Below are positions 26,351 through 35,854 of a DNA stretch of 64,000 bases, one piece after another. Position 1 is the stretch's first letter. The number at the start of each line of letters is the position of its first letter. A program made the translations under genes and the position numbers. This DNA comes from Actinomycetes bacterium (GTDB taxonomy: Bacteria > Actinomycetota > Acidimicrobiia > Acidimicrobiales > Ilumatobacteraceae): positions 4,094 through 68,093 of the forward strand of contig JANNQK010000264.1 of NCBI GenBank assembly GCA_031400715.1, in the 5' to 3' direction. The notes beneath the pieces were generated by a model. That model ran no database searches. It was not told where the DNA came from and saw only the letters and a program-made list of their open reading frames with translations.

Positions 26351-27745
26351 TCAGGTGATGGCGAGCACGGCCGCGCCGATCCGTTCGGCGGCGACGGCGA
26401 GCGTCGAGGGCTCGTCCTTGCCGAACGCGAGCCGAAGGTGGCCAGATGCCGGTTCGGTGAGCTCGTACAACGAACCCTCGGACACTCGGACGCCTCGGGC
26501 GGCACACTCGCGAGCGAGTGTGGGTGCGTCGAGACCGGCTGGTAGCTCGACCCACAGTGCCACACCGCCGCGCGGTGGCGTACAGGTGAGGGTGGGTGCG
26601 TGGGTGGCGAGGGAGCGCACCAGGGTGTCGCGGCGTTCGCCGAGGGCGGCGCGCAAGGCGATCAGGTGGCGTTGCCAGCCGGCGGCGAGGAGCAACTCGG
26701 CTGCGGTGGCCTGCAGCAGCGGGGCGACGAAGAAGTCGGCGGCCAGCCGGGCGCTGACCAGCCGGGGGAGTGCCGGGCCACGAGCGACGACGGCGGCGAT
26801 TCGCAGACCGGGAGCGCTCGCCTTGCTGAGGGATCGGATCGAGATGACGTGACCGTGTCGATCATCGGAGATGAGCGGAGGACCCGTCGGACCGTCGAGG
26901 TCGAGATCTCGCACCCAGTCGTCCTCGACGACGAAGCAGCCGAACTCGTCGGCGATGGCGAGCACCTCGGCACGCCGCTCGCGCGAGAGCACCGAGCCGG
27001 TCGGATTGGAGTGACGCGGTTGGAGGACCACCAATCGGGCGCCGCTGCGAGCGAGCACCTCGGCGAGAGCATCAGGGGTGACGCCGTCGTGGTCGGCGGG
27101 CACCGGCGTCGGCACGAGACCGCTGAGGGTTGCCGCGACGAGAACCCCTGGGTAGCACGGGTCCTCGACGACGACCGGGTCGCCGGGTCGTGCCAGCACG
27201 CGGAACACGCTGTCGAGAGCTGCCTGAGCGCCGGGGGTGATCAACACGTCAGCCGAGGTGAAGGGCGACCCGAGCTCGGCAGCGAACACCTCGCGCAGCA
27301 ACGGGATGCCTTGTGGCGGGCATCGGTCCCACGCATCGGTGCGGCGCGCACACCGTGCAGCTGCCTTGGCCAGCAACCCGTGCGCCTGCAACGTGGGGTC
27401 GGGGAACGCGTTGTCGAGCGCGATGGTGTCGGCCGTGCGTGGATGGGACAAGTGTTCCAGTCCCTCGCGCACGACAGGCGAGCGGCCGAGCACGACCGTC
27501 TGCCAGGCATGGTCGGCGGTGTGTGTCGCCGTGAGCGTCGGCCGCGCGACGAAGGTGCCATCGCCGGGCCGGGTGACCGCTCGTCCCTCCATGACGAGTT
27601 GCCGGACCACGCGCTGCACCGTGACGGGGCTCACCGAGAAGCGCTGTTGCAACTCACGCACGCTCGGCAGGCGTGCCCCCGGGCGAGCGTGCGCGCACGC
27701 GTTGCGGAGATACGCCTCAACGGTGTTATTCTGATGTGTGACCAT
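26351..27745 (-). CDS. MocR/PdxR-type regulator (GntR HTH fused to a PLP aminotransferase-like domain)
   Basis: The N-terminus LPSVRELQQRFSVSPVTVQRVVRQLVMEG is a GntR HTH. The remainder is a long aminotransferase class I/II-like body. Confidence 0.8.
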   Translation of the reverse strand: MVTHQNNTVEAYLRNACAHARPGARLPSVRELQQRFSVSPVTVQRVVRQLVMEGRAVTRPGDGTFVARPTLTATHTADHAWQTVVLGRSPVVREGLEHLSHPRTADTIALDNAFPDPTLQAHGLLAKAAARCARRTDAWDRCPPQGIPLLREVFAAELGSPFTSADVLITPGAQAALDSVFRVLARPGDPVVVEDPCYPGVLVAATLSGLVPTPVPADHDGVTPDALAEVLARSGARLVVLQPRHSNPTGSVLSRERRAEVLAIADEFGCFVVEDDWVRDLDLDGPTGPPLISDDRHGHVISIRSLSKASAPGLRIAAVVARGPALPRLVSARLAADFFVAPLLQATAAELLLAAGWQRHLIALRAALGERRDTLVRSLATHAPTLTCTPPRGGVALWVELPAGLDAPTLARECAARGVRVSEGSLYELTEPASGHLRLAFGKDEPSTLAVAAERIGAAVLAIT

Positions 27746-28631
27746 TCAGGATAACGCTACTCAACTCGAACGAGAAGCGCGCGGCCTCGTGCTCGGCTTC
27801 GTCGGGGTGGCCTGTTTCAGCGCATCGCTCCCGTTCACCCGAGTGGCCGTTCGTGAGTTCGGGGTCGTGTTCCCGTCGTTCGGGCGGGCGGTGATCGCGG
27901 CGGGTCTCGCCGCAGTCGTCCTGCGCATCACTCGCACACCACGACCCGGTCGGCACCTGAACGCCCGGTTGGCGATGGTGGTCGGAGGCGTGGTCGTAGG
28001 GTTTCCGGCGTTCACCGGCTTGGCGCTCCAGCACGCTCCCGCAGGTCATGGATCGGTGGTCATCGGCCTGTTGCCTGCGGCGACCGCTGGCTGGTCGGTG
28101 GCGCGAACGGGTGCGCGTCCGTCGCCGCGGTACTGGGCGTTCGCCGCACTCGGCGCGGGAGCGATCCTGGTGCTCACGGTCGCACGGGGTACGGTCGATG
28201 TGGCGCTCGGTGACCTGTACCTGTTGGGCGCCATCGCCTCGGCCGCAGTCGGCTACACCGAAGGTGCCGTCGTGAGCCGGGAGATCGGCGGATGGCAGAC
28301 GATCAGCTGGGCGGTCCTGTTCGGTCTGCCGTTGACCGTGCCGCTGACGCTGTTGGGGCTCGGTCCGGTGGGCCTCGACGAACCCGTGACGGCGTGGATC
28401 AGTCTCGGCTACCTCGGCGCGGTGTCGATGTTCCTCGGGTTCTTCGCCTGGTACGCAGGCCTGGCGCTCGGCGGGATCGCGCGCGTCAGCCAGATCCAGT
28501 TGCTGCAACCGATGCTGTCGTTGGTGTGGGCCACACTGTTCCTCCACGAACACCTCGATGCGCTGATCGTCGTGGTCGCCGCGGTGGTGCTGGCATCGGT
28601 GGCCGGCTCCCGCCGTTCGGCGATCGCCTGA
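27738..28631 (+). CDS. DMT-superfamily (EamA-like) transporter
   Basis: About ten hydrophobic helices in two EamA-like halves. It is divergent from the MocR gene, which is a common pairing. Confidence 0.75.
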   Translation: MTIQDNATQLEREARGLVLGFVGVACFSASLPFTRVAVREFGVVFPSFGRAVIAAGLAAVVLRITRTPRPGRHLNARLAMVVGGVVVGFPAFTGLALQHAPAGHGSVVIGLLPAATAGWSVARTGARPSPRYWAFAALGAGAILVLTVARGTVDVALGDLYLLGAIASAAVGYTEGAVVSREIGGWQTISWAVLFGLPLTVPLTLLGLGPVGLDEPVTAWISLGYLGAVSMFLGFFAWYAGLALGGIARVSQIQLLQPMLSLVWATLFLHEHLDALIVVVAAVVLASVAGSRRSAIA

Positions 28632-28655
28632 GCGCAGTCTGCGAAAGGGACACCC

Positions 28656-29057
28656 ATGCCACGCCACGCGATCACCGCCCCTGGAGCGTCGGCCGTCGGG
28701 CCGTACTCGCATGCCGCCGAACAACACGGGTTCGTGTACCTGAGTGGCCAGACGCCGGTGCTCCCCGGCACGACCACCCTGGCGAGCGGCGGCATCGGCG
28801 ATCAGACCCGTCAGTGCTTCGCGAACCTCGGTTCGGTGCTGACCGCCGCCGGGCTGACGTTCGCCGACGTCGTGAAGTGCAACGTGTTCCTGACCGACAT
28901 GTCCGACTTCGCCGCGATGAACTCGGTGTACGCCGAGGTGTTCGGCGAGCCGTATCCGGCGCGCACCACCATCGGGGTCGCGGCCCTGCCACTCGGGGCA
29001 TCGGTCGAGATCGAGATGATCGCGGCTCGATCGCTTGTCGAGCCAGCCGCTCTGTAG
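28656..29057 (+). CDS. ridA: RidA/YjgF-family reactive-intermediate deaminase
   Basis: GPYSHAAEQHGFVYLSGQ...DVVKCNVFLTDMSDFAAMNSVYAEVFGEPYPARTTIGVAALPLGASVEIEM is canonical RidA. Confidence 0.9.
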   Translation: MPRHAITAPGASAVGPYSHAAEQHGFVYLSGQTPVLPGTTTLASGGIGDQTRQCFANLGSVLTAAGLTFADVVKCNVFLTDMSDFAAMNSVYAEVFGEPYPARTTIGVAALPLGASVEIEMIAARSLVEPAAL

Positions 29058-29118
29058 GTCAGGTGCCGGCGCGGGCTCTCGACGCGTGGTGCGCCCGCAC
29101 AGGCACCAACGGCGAGGG

Positions 29119-29616
29119 TCAGACCGTCTGGAGAGTCGGTGTCGGGACGACGTGTTCGATGATCAGGGCGATCGCCTCGGCATCGAGTTCGGTCGGCAGG
29201 TTGCTGAGCCAACGATCGAGCATGTGCTGATGCACGACGTCGACACCGTCGAACCGCGGCGCGATCTCGGCCTCGGCGCCGACGAGTACCACCACCGGGG
29301 TGACGATCACGTTCGTCCTGCACGCCCAACTCAGCAGCTGTGAGGCGAGCTCGGCCGTCGCGCGGGCCGAGCTCATCTGATCGCGATGGTCGTGCGTCCA
29401 GGCCCGGCCCGCTTGAAGACCGAGGGGCATGGTGCCGTGATGTCGCACGTCGAGGACGAAGACGCCGCCTGGGCCGAGCACGACGGGCCGATCGATGCCG
29501 GGGACATGCAGCTGATGCCAGCCACCCGGCAGGAGATCGGTGACAAGAGCAGATTGGCCGGCGACTTCTTCGATGAGTCGGGACAGAGGGGTCGTGAACG
29601 TCATGGTCATGTTCAT
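29119..29616 (-). CDS. NERD-like domain protein (paralog B)
   Basis: LPGGWHQLHVPGIDRPVVLGPGGVFVLDVRHHG. There are three in-frame ATGs (29616, 29610, 29604). The longer track ORF extending to 29757 would translate the conserved leader. Confidence 0.5.
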   Translation of the reverse strand: MNMTMTFTTPLSRLIEEVAGQSALVTDLLPGGWHQLHVPGIDRPVVLGPGGVFVLDVRHHGTMPLGLQAGRAWTHDHRDQMSSARATAELASQLLSWACRTNVIVTPVVVLVGAEAEIAPRFDGVDVVHQHMLDRWLSNLPTELDAEAIALIIEHVVPTPTLQTV

Positions 29617-29648
29617 CGGTTCGTCAAGCTTTCGTCTGGAGCGAAATC
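29614..29648 (-). promoter_or_regulatory. Conserved 35-nt leader, copy B, 5' of NERD-like B
   Basis: In gene orientation it reads GATTTCGCTCCAGACGAAAGCTTGACGAACCGATG. It matches copy A at 32/35 positions. Confidence 0.6.
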
Positions 29649-30041
29649 TCGGATTCGAGCACCACGGATGCGGCGCAGGTGGGGACGACGGGTGCGCTCC
29701 GCCGCGCACTCGTCGTCCCGACGCAGACGGGGGGAGCAACCTGCGTCGATGGTGCACCGTGTTCGGTGGCGACCTTGTGGGCCCGACAGGTCACGTCCGT
29801 CGAACACCACGATCATGACGGTAGGCCCGCCGTCGAAACCACGGGCGACGGCGAGCCAGCCGCGAGATGAACGCTTCGTGACCCTTCGGGGCGACATGGA
29901 CGGGCGGAACGTACGCGGTCGTCGGTCACCGTCGGCGAGATTCGCTGTGGGTCGACGTTGGCACACGGACGCGGAACAGCGATGCTGTCGGGCCCGCTCG
30001 CGCGGGGTGACCGTGGTGCAGACGAGCGATTGAAGGATCCC

Positions 30042-30659
30042 GTGGCGAACAAGCAGGCGACCAAGACCCCCAGGTTCGAGCCGATGCAGTACTGGCGCAA
30101 GCTGTGCTGGGTGACGCCACAGATCGTCCTCAGCGGCGATCTGCCCGAGGGTGCCGCCAAGGGCCGAGGGCTCGATCAGTGGATCGCGGCCGGGGTCACG
30201 CACATCATCGACACTCGGCTCGAGCACAGCGACGAGAAGTTCGTCGCCGCCCACGCACCCGACGTGGGCTACACCTGGGTCGGCGTCGACGATCACGGTG
30301 GCCGTCAGCCCGACAGTTGGTTCGCGGAGGGCGTTGCTGCGGCCACCACCGCGCTCGCCGAACCCGATGGGAAGGTGATGATCCACTGCCACATGGGAGT
30401 GAACCGCGGACCGTCGATGGGGTTTGCAGCGATGTTGGCAACGGGCATCGATCCGTTGACCGCGCTCGACACGATCCGTGAGAGCCGGCCCATCGCTGCG
30501 GTGATGTATGCCGAGGATGCGGTCGCGTGGTTCCATCGTTGGCGCGGCTCGGATGCCTGGGTGGCCGAGAACCAGACGAAGGCGGTTCGCGACTGGCTGA
30601 ACGCCAACCCGATCGACACCGACTGGATCAGCAGTCGCCTCTGGCACAAGGGCGGCTGA
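30042..30659 (+). CDS. Dual-specificity/tyrosine protein phosphatase-like protein
   Basis: CX5R P-loop in HCHMGVNRG. GTG start with GAAGGA 6 nt upstream (an alternative ATG lies at 30084). Confidence 0.65.
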   Translation: MANKQATKTPRFEPMQYWRKLCWVTPQIVLSGDLPEGAAKGRGLDQWIAAGVTHIIDTRLEHSDEKFVAAHAPDVGYTWVGVDDHGGRQPDSWFAEGVAAATTALAEPDGKVMIHCHMGVNRGPSMGFAAMLATGIDPLTALDTIRESRPIAAVMYAEDAVAWFHRWRGSDAWVAENQTKAVRDWLNANPIDTDWISSRLWHKGG

Positions 30660-30878
30660 GCACGGCGGCCGCAGGCTCGCGGCGGTCGCTCGACAACGCC
30701 GCAGGGATCGAGCGGCGGACGAGTGCACCGCGTCGGGTCGCTGCGTGTGGGTTCGCGAGGCCTGGTTGCAGGGCGCTGCAATCAGGGAATGAGTCCGATG
30801 ACTCATTGTCCGATGCCCGGCTTCTTGACACGATCGGACCTAGCTCAGTGCACAGGTGGGCGAGGCGGAGGAAACGGC

Positions 30879-32021
30879 GTGAGCAAGAGTGGCGGAATCG
30901 GCGCGAAGTCGACGTGGGTTGCAGCAGGCATGTTGGTCGCGTCCGTGCTCGGGGCCGGAGGGATGCTCACGGCGTCTGCAGCGGTCTCGACGGGTGCTCG
31001 TGCGGTGTTCATGCCGATCCAGCCGTGCCGGCTGATGGACACACGGCCCGAACCGAGCACCGTGGGTGAACGGACCACTCCCATCGGGAACCGCGACACG
31101 TACACGGTCACGGCCCATGGAGCCGCGGGGAACTGCGTGCTCCCCGGGGACGCCACCGCCCTCGTGATGAACGTCATCGCGATCGACCCCTCTGACACCG
31201 GCTATGTGACGGTGTTCCCCGGAGGTGAGGCACGGCCGTTCACATCGAGCCTGAACTTCGTGGCCGGCCAGGCGCCGGTCCCCAACTCGGTCACCAGCAA
31301 GCTCGCAGCCGACGGCCGCGTGAGCTTCTACAACCACGTGGGCACGGTCCACCTCGTCGTCGACGTCGTCGGGTACTTCGCCGATCACAACCACGATGAT
31401 CGGTACTACACCAAGGCCGAGACCGACCAGAGGATCGCGAGCAGCGGCCGGGTCGGTCCTGCCGGTCCTGCCGGTCCGACCGGGCCGACCGGTCCTGCCG
31501 GACCCACCGGTCCTGCCGGTGCCGCGGGCGGTCCTGCAGGTCCCGCCGGTCCTGCCGGTCCCGCCGGTTCTGCCGGTCCCGCTGGTCCTGCCGGTCCCGC
31601 TGGTCCTGCCGGTACGAGCGGCATCGCCCTGATCACCTTCACCAACCCGGCGCAGATCGACTCGGCGACATCAGGCGCATTCGTCGACATCCCGGGAGCA
31701 ACGATCACGATCCCGACGTCGCTGGCAGCTCGAAAAGCTGTCGTCACGCTCTGGGTCAGCGCGACGTGTGCGGGTGCCAACGTCACCAAGCTCATCCGGT
31801 TGGTCAACGGTGCGGAACCTGCGTCCAGCGCCCCGATGGCCCCGCTTGCCGGCAGTGCCAACACGGCGACGTCGGAGCAGGCGTCCAGCGTCGTGCGCCC
31901 GGTGGCGTTGGCGGCGAATCAGTCGACGACCCTCACTGCACAGATCCGCACCGACGGCACTTCCACGTGCTCCGTGGCCCCGGGCGGCTTGAGCCTGTCG
32001 GCGATCGTCGTACCGAACTGA
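30879..32021 (+). CDS. Secreted collagen-like (G-X-Y repeat) protein
   Basis: Signal/TM segment present. The N-terminal domain is homologous to the repeated domain of the matrixin protein (RLMDTR...VVDVVGYF). A run of [13 protein letters not shown]... triplets follows, then a C-terminal globular domain. Confidence 0.7.
   Translation: MSKSGGIGAKSTWVAAGMLVASVLGAGGMLTASAAVSTGARAVFMPIQPCRLMDTRPEPSTVGERTTPIGNRDTYTVTAHGAAGNCVLPGDATALVMNVIAIDPSDTGYVTVFPGGEARPFTSSLNFVAGQAPVPNSVTSKLAADGRVSFYNHVGTVHLVVDVVGYFADHNHDDRYYTKAETDQRIASSGRVGPAGPAGPTGPTGPAGPTGPAGAAGGPAGPAGPAGPAGSAGPAGPAGPAGPAGTSGIALITFTNPAQIDSATSGAFVDIPGATITIPTSLAARKAVVTLWVSATCAGANVTKLIRLVNGAEPASSAPMAPLAGSANTATSEQASSVVRPVALAANQSTTLTAQIRTDGTSTCSVAPGGLSLSAIVVPN
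31446..31622 (+). repeat. Collagen-like G-X-Y coding repeat
   Basis: About 58 residues of Gly-Pro-Ala/Thr triplets, with one register break (GAAGGPAG). Confidence 0.85.
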
Positions 32022-32142
32022 TCGGGCCCGAGTCTCCTCGTCCGGCGATCTGGGCCAACCCGGACGAGGGCCGCAACGTGTCATCGCGTGGCCGGTCGTG
32101 TCCCGACTGGCCGCGCCGACCGTCGAGTCCTAGGGTGAGGGA

Positions 32143-32415
32143 GTGGACGTGGACGACGAGGAGCGGCTGTCGGACGAGGAGCTGACCTCGCTGGCGCTGG
32201 CGGCCGATCCGGACGCGCCGATCCCGGACGACGCCGTGCCGTTCGGTCGACGCGACGGTGGCGCGCTGCTCCCTGACTGGTACATGCCCGTGCCGGCGAC
32301 CCTGGTGAGATCGACCAGCAAGCGCGCCGCTGTCGGGGTGATCGTGCTCTCGCTCTTGGCATTGAACGCGGCCGGCCTGTGCGTCACCTATGGCGTGGTC
32401 GAGATCGCCTGGTAG
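32143..32415 (+). CDS. Small membrane protein (acidic N-terminus, one TM helix)
   Basis: GTG start preceded by GAGGGAG. GC3-rich. The C-terminal helix is AAVGVIVLSLLALNAAGLCV. Confidence 0.4.
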   Translation: MDVDDEERLSDEELTSLALAADPDAPIPDDAVPFGRRDGGALLPDWYMPVPATLVRSTSKRAAVGVIVLSLLALNAAGLCVTYGVVEIAW

Positions 32416-32489
32416 ATGCTCGCCCGAGGTTGCCAGTGGTGGGGGTCGGGAGCCAGCTGGGCCGCCTTCCTCGCCAGCTCTCCGTCAGT

Positions 32490-32657
32490 GCGCCGCTCGG
32501 GTACGGCGACCCAGTGACGACAGTGGTGAGCTTCGGACCATCGTCGTCGTCGAACAAGTTCGTCACCACGTACTTCCGTCGGACCTTCAACGCCGACATG
32601 GTGTTCGACGCGTCGCTGACCGGCACCGGCAACACCGGTCCACTGCCGACGCGCTGA
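32490..32657 (+). pseudogene. Fragment of a secreted-protein N-terminal module (PLGYGD...TTYFRRTF type)
   Basis: APLGYGDPVTTVVSFGPSSSSNKFVTTYFRRTFNA resembles a module found at the N-terminus of many large secreted enzymes. Here it has no credible start, no signal peptide and no downstream domain. Confidence 0.35.
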
Positions 32658-32756
32658 CCGGTTCCCCGCCGAGATGTGGCGATCGTGAACGCGTTCTGAA
32701 CACTTGCGATCAACCGATGAAGACACGGCCTCTCGGCTGGCCGGACGGCGTGAGGG

Positions 32757-33350
32757 ATGGTCACATTGACGTCGATGACGAGCAACATGCCCTTGGACCA
32801 CGCACGTTCGTACCGTGCCCGAGATCGATCGATCAGCCGTCATGTCGGCTCATCGACCACCACGTGCAGTGTCGACGCCATCGACGCCCACCCGAAGGGG
32901 ACGTCGTGGTTCGACGATGAAGTTCGCGCGCTCCTCGCCCCAGATGCCATCGCCGTGAGGTTCGTCGAGGCGAACAACCTCGACTCACTGGCAGATCGGG
33001 TCGGAGAGGCAACGGATCGCATCACCGATGAACAGGGACACGAACCTGCGGAGGTGCTGGTGGTCTCCTTCAGCACCGATGTACGAGACCGGCTGCGGCA
33101 TGAGATCGGCTACGTGGGCTGGGCGCACTCGAACGATCGGGCGATCATCTGCGAGAACGTGGACACGGTCGATGATCTGGAGTTCGACCACGTCGTGCTC
33201 GCGGCGGCGAGCGATTCCATGAGCGATGTGTCGCTCCATGTGAGCCTGAGTCGTGCTCGCACCAGCGTGACGGTGATCGGTCCCCGAGGTCTGGCCGGTC
33301 GCCTTGGGTTGGCGACTGAGGCGCTCCGGCCGGCGTCGGGTCAGAGGTAG
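32757..33350 (+). pseudogene. Remnant of a UvrD/AAA-type helicase C-terminal domain
   Basis: VDTVDDLEFDHVVLAA...LHVSLSRARTSVTVIG parallels the helicase C-terminal motif (T.H..KG.EFD.Vil...lYVA.TRAr..l.v.g) with the Lys-Gly replaced. No ATPase core lies upstream. Confidence 0.4.
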
Positions 33351-33829
33351 CCGGGCTGGTCGGGCTGGGGGAGCTCGTAGCCGGGATCCTTCGACTCCTC
33401 GAAGAACGGCTTGCCGCCGTGGGCCTCGACGATCTGTGGTCCGAAGTGATCCGATGCCATGGCGACGGTGCGGCAGAGCTGCGAGAACTCCGCCACATCG
33501 GTGTTCAACGCGAGCGACTCTCCCACGAACATCACCTGTTGTCCCATCCACATCGTGCGAACGAACGACAGGCTGCCGTTGATCTCGTTCAGCGACTCCA
33601 GCAACTCTGGCTTCCTCTCGACGTCTTTCGCCACGACCGAGAACACGCGGATGACCGGCACTTCGTCTCCATCGACGCGGGCGAAGAAGCCGGCGTTCTC
33701 GATCTTGATGAAGTACTCGCCGCTGTCGGCAGGCGCAGCCTTCTCGATGCCGGTGATGCGCTCGATCAGCGTCTCGAGGTGCGAGCGAGCGATGTCGTTG
33801 TTGAGACCCACGAGCGAGGATGCTGGCAC
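33341..33829 (-). CDS. YbjN-domain (T3SS-chaperone-like) protein
   Basis: GEYFIKIENAGFFARVDGDEVPVIRVFSVVAKDVERKPELLESLNEINGSLSFVR is typical of the actinobacterial YbjN family. Confidence 0.7.
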   Translation of the reverse strand: MPASSLVGLNNDIARSHLETLIERITGIEKAAPADSGEYFIKIENAGFFARVDGDEVPVIRVFSVVAKDVERKPELLESLNEINGSLSFVRTMWMGQQVMFVGESLALNTDVAEFSQLCRTVAMASDHFGPQIVEAHGGKPFFEESKDPGYELPQPDQPGYL

Positions 33830-33878
33830 AGTCAGCGCCCGGTCGGGGCTACCGGTGGCGATGCCTCGGTGACGACCT

Positions 33879-34904
33879 TCAGCCGATGGAGGACAGTTCG
33901 AGGACTCGACCGGTCAGATGCTCGCTCACCAACAGTCGGCCGTCGTACACCAGCAACGAGTGCGGACCTTCGAGGCCGTCGACGACGATCGTCGTCGCAC
34001 CGCCCGTCAACGGGACGCGCACGATCTGACCGGTGACGAACAACGCCACGTACGCGTCGTCACCGAACACGGCAACGCCCGTCGGAGTGGATCGCGGGTC
34101 GAAGGTCGCGAGCGGGGATGCCACGCGGGGACACGTCTCGTCGCCGGCGCAATCGGGCCAGCCGAGGTTCGTCGGACCTGGCATGCCGATCACGTTCACC
34201 TCCTCCACCGGCTGCGGATCGACGTTGTCTCCGATGTCGGTGGTGATCACCCGTCCGTCGGGCAACATGGCGTGCGCGTAGGCGTTCTTCACCCCGATCG
34301 CGACCTCCGCGCTCGTGTCCGACACAGGGTCGAACGCCCAGAGCACACCGCTGCCCTTCACCACCTCTCCGTCGGCGATCGATCCACTCGTCTCGTACAG
34401 GATGCGTCCGTCACCGATCGCCGTGAGCGTGCCTTCGCTCCGACCGTTGAACGGCAGGTTGTCGAGCATCACCTCCACGGGACCTGCGGAGCCGTCGCCA
34501 TCCCACGTTGCCTTCACGAGACCTCGACGCACCATCACCCACAACTCGTCGTCCAACCACGCCACACCGGTCGGCTTGTCGAGGTTGCGGAGGATCACCT
34601 CGCGCGACCCAGTCGTCGGGTCGAACACGACCACCTCACCCGCTTGCTCGTCCTCCGAGCCCGCCAGCTGTGCGACCAGGATCGAATCGCCCGGTCCGCC
34701 GGTCATCTGAGTGGGGAACTCGAATCCATCGGCGATCACGGTCGTGCGTCCCAGGGAAACGGCGCCGCCCACCTCGTCGACGGCGTCCGATCCGTCAGAG
34801 CCGCAGGCGACGATCAGTGCCGGCACGACGGCCAGTGCGGCGATCGAGGACAGGGGACGCGGACGCATCTGCCCAGGTTCGCCGATCTGCGCCGTCGACG
34901 CCAC
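33879..34904 (-). CDS. Beta-propeller lipoprotein, PQQ-dependent sugar (sorbosone/glucose) dehydrogenase-like
   Basis: Lipobox IVACGS. EEVNVIGMPGPTNLGWPDC resembles the E.n.i..G.NyGWP motif of the GSDH family. Confidence 0.5.
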   Translation of the reverse strand: MASTAQIGEPGQMRPRPLSSIAALAVVPALIVACGSDGSDAVDEVGGAVSLGRTTVIADGFEFPTQMTGGPGDSILVAQLAGSEDEQAGEVVVFDPTTGSREVILRNLDKPTGVAWLDDELWVMVRRGLVKATWDGDGSAGPVEVMLDNLPFNGRSEGTLTAIGDGRILYETSGSIADGEVVKGSGVLWAFDPVSDTSAEVAIGVKNAYAHAMLPDGRVITTDIGDNVDPQPVEEVNVIGMPGPTNLGWPDCAGDETCPRVASPLATFDPRSTPTGVAVFGDDAYVALFVTGQIVRVPLTGGATTIVVDGLEGPHSLLVYDGRLLVSEHLTGRVLELSSIG

Positions 34905-34947
34905 TCACCGGTGCGGCCAGGAGCGCCGTACGACGACGCCGAACGAG

Positions 34948-35754
34948 TCAGCGCTCGACGAACAGCTGCGTTCGGTACGGTCCGACCTGCCATGCCGCCG
35001 GGCTGAACGGCCGCCATTCGTCGGCCGGCAGACGCAGTCGGTCGGCCATGATGCCCAGCACGGCCGGGTTGTAGCCCAGGCCGCAGTGGCTGCCGTACAC
35101 CTCGAGGTTCTCCGACCTGGGGCCCGGCACGTCCACGCACGACCGCCACGGCACGACGCCGTCGCCCTTGGTGAACACTGCAGTCGATCGCACGGCAGGA
35201 ACACCCTCGTACGGCTCTCGGCGGAAATCGGCCGAGTGTGGGCGGCGCAGACCGTGGATCGACGCCGTACGGTCGAACCACCGCCCGACGTTCGTCTCCT
35301 CGGTGCGGGTGAGACGGAACGGGCTGCCGAGCGTGATCACGTGGCGCACCTTGTCGGGAAAGCGTGCGGCGAGCGCGCGCGAGTAGAGCCCGCCCAAGCT
35401 CCACCCGACGAGCGTGACGGGTTGGCCGCCGTAGCGGTGATGGATCTCCTCGAACCGGTTGATCATGCCGTCGACGATCCGCTGCGACGGACCGAGGTTC
35501 TGCCCGAGGTGCCATCCGTGCACCGAGTAGTCGAGACGAGCGAGCACGTAGCGCAGGGCCGCCGTCGACTGATCGGATGCGGTGAATCCCGGGAGCACCA
35601 TCACCGGTCGACCGTCACCCGTGGGGAGTCGCGTGAGCAGCGGGGTGAGTGCCGCGAACGCCAACAACTCACTCGTCGCTCGCGCCGGCTCGGTTGCGAA
35701 GGTGAGCACCGACGGGTTTCGAAACTGCGCCCGTGACGTCGACGTGGACCCCAT
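34948..35754 (-). CDS. Alpha/beta hydrolase
   Basis: Nucleophile elbow GWSLGG within LVGWSLGGLYSRALAARFPDKVRHVITLGSP. Confidence 0.7.
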   Translation of the reverse strand: MGSTSTSRAQFRNPSVLTFATEPARATSELLAFAALTPLLTRLPTGDGRPVMVLPGFTASDQSTAALRYVLARLDYSVHGWHLGQNLGPSQRIVDGMINRFEEIHHRYGGQPVTLVGWSLGGLYSRALAARFPDKVRHVITLGSPFRLTRTEETNVGRWFDRTASIHGLRRPHSADFRREPYEGVPAVRSTAVFTKGDGVVPWRSCVDVPGPRSENLEVYGSHCGLGYNPAVLGIMADRLRLPADEWRPFSPAAWQVGPYRTQLFVER

Positions 35755-35854
35755 CTGGAGAGTCTCTCACCCGAACCGACGAACGGCACGGTCGGCCCGC
35801 CGCTCCCCTCGAATCATCGGTCAAGAAACCGTCTGGATCTGCCGATGAGTGGTC

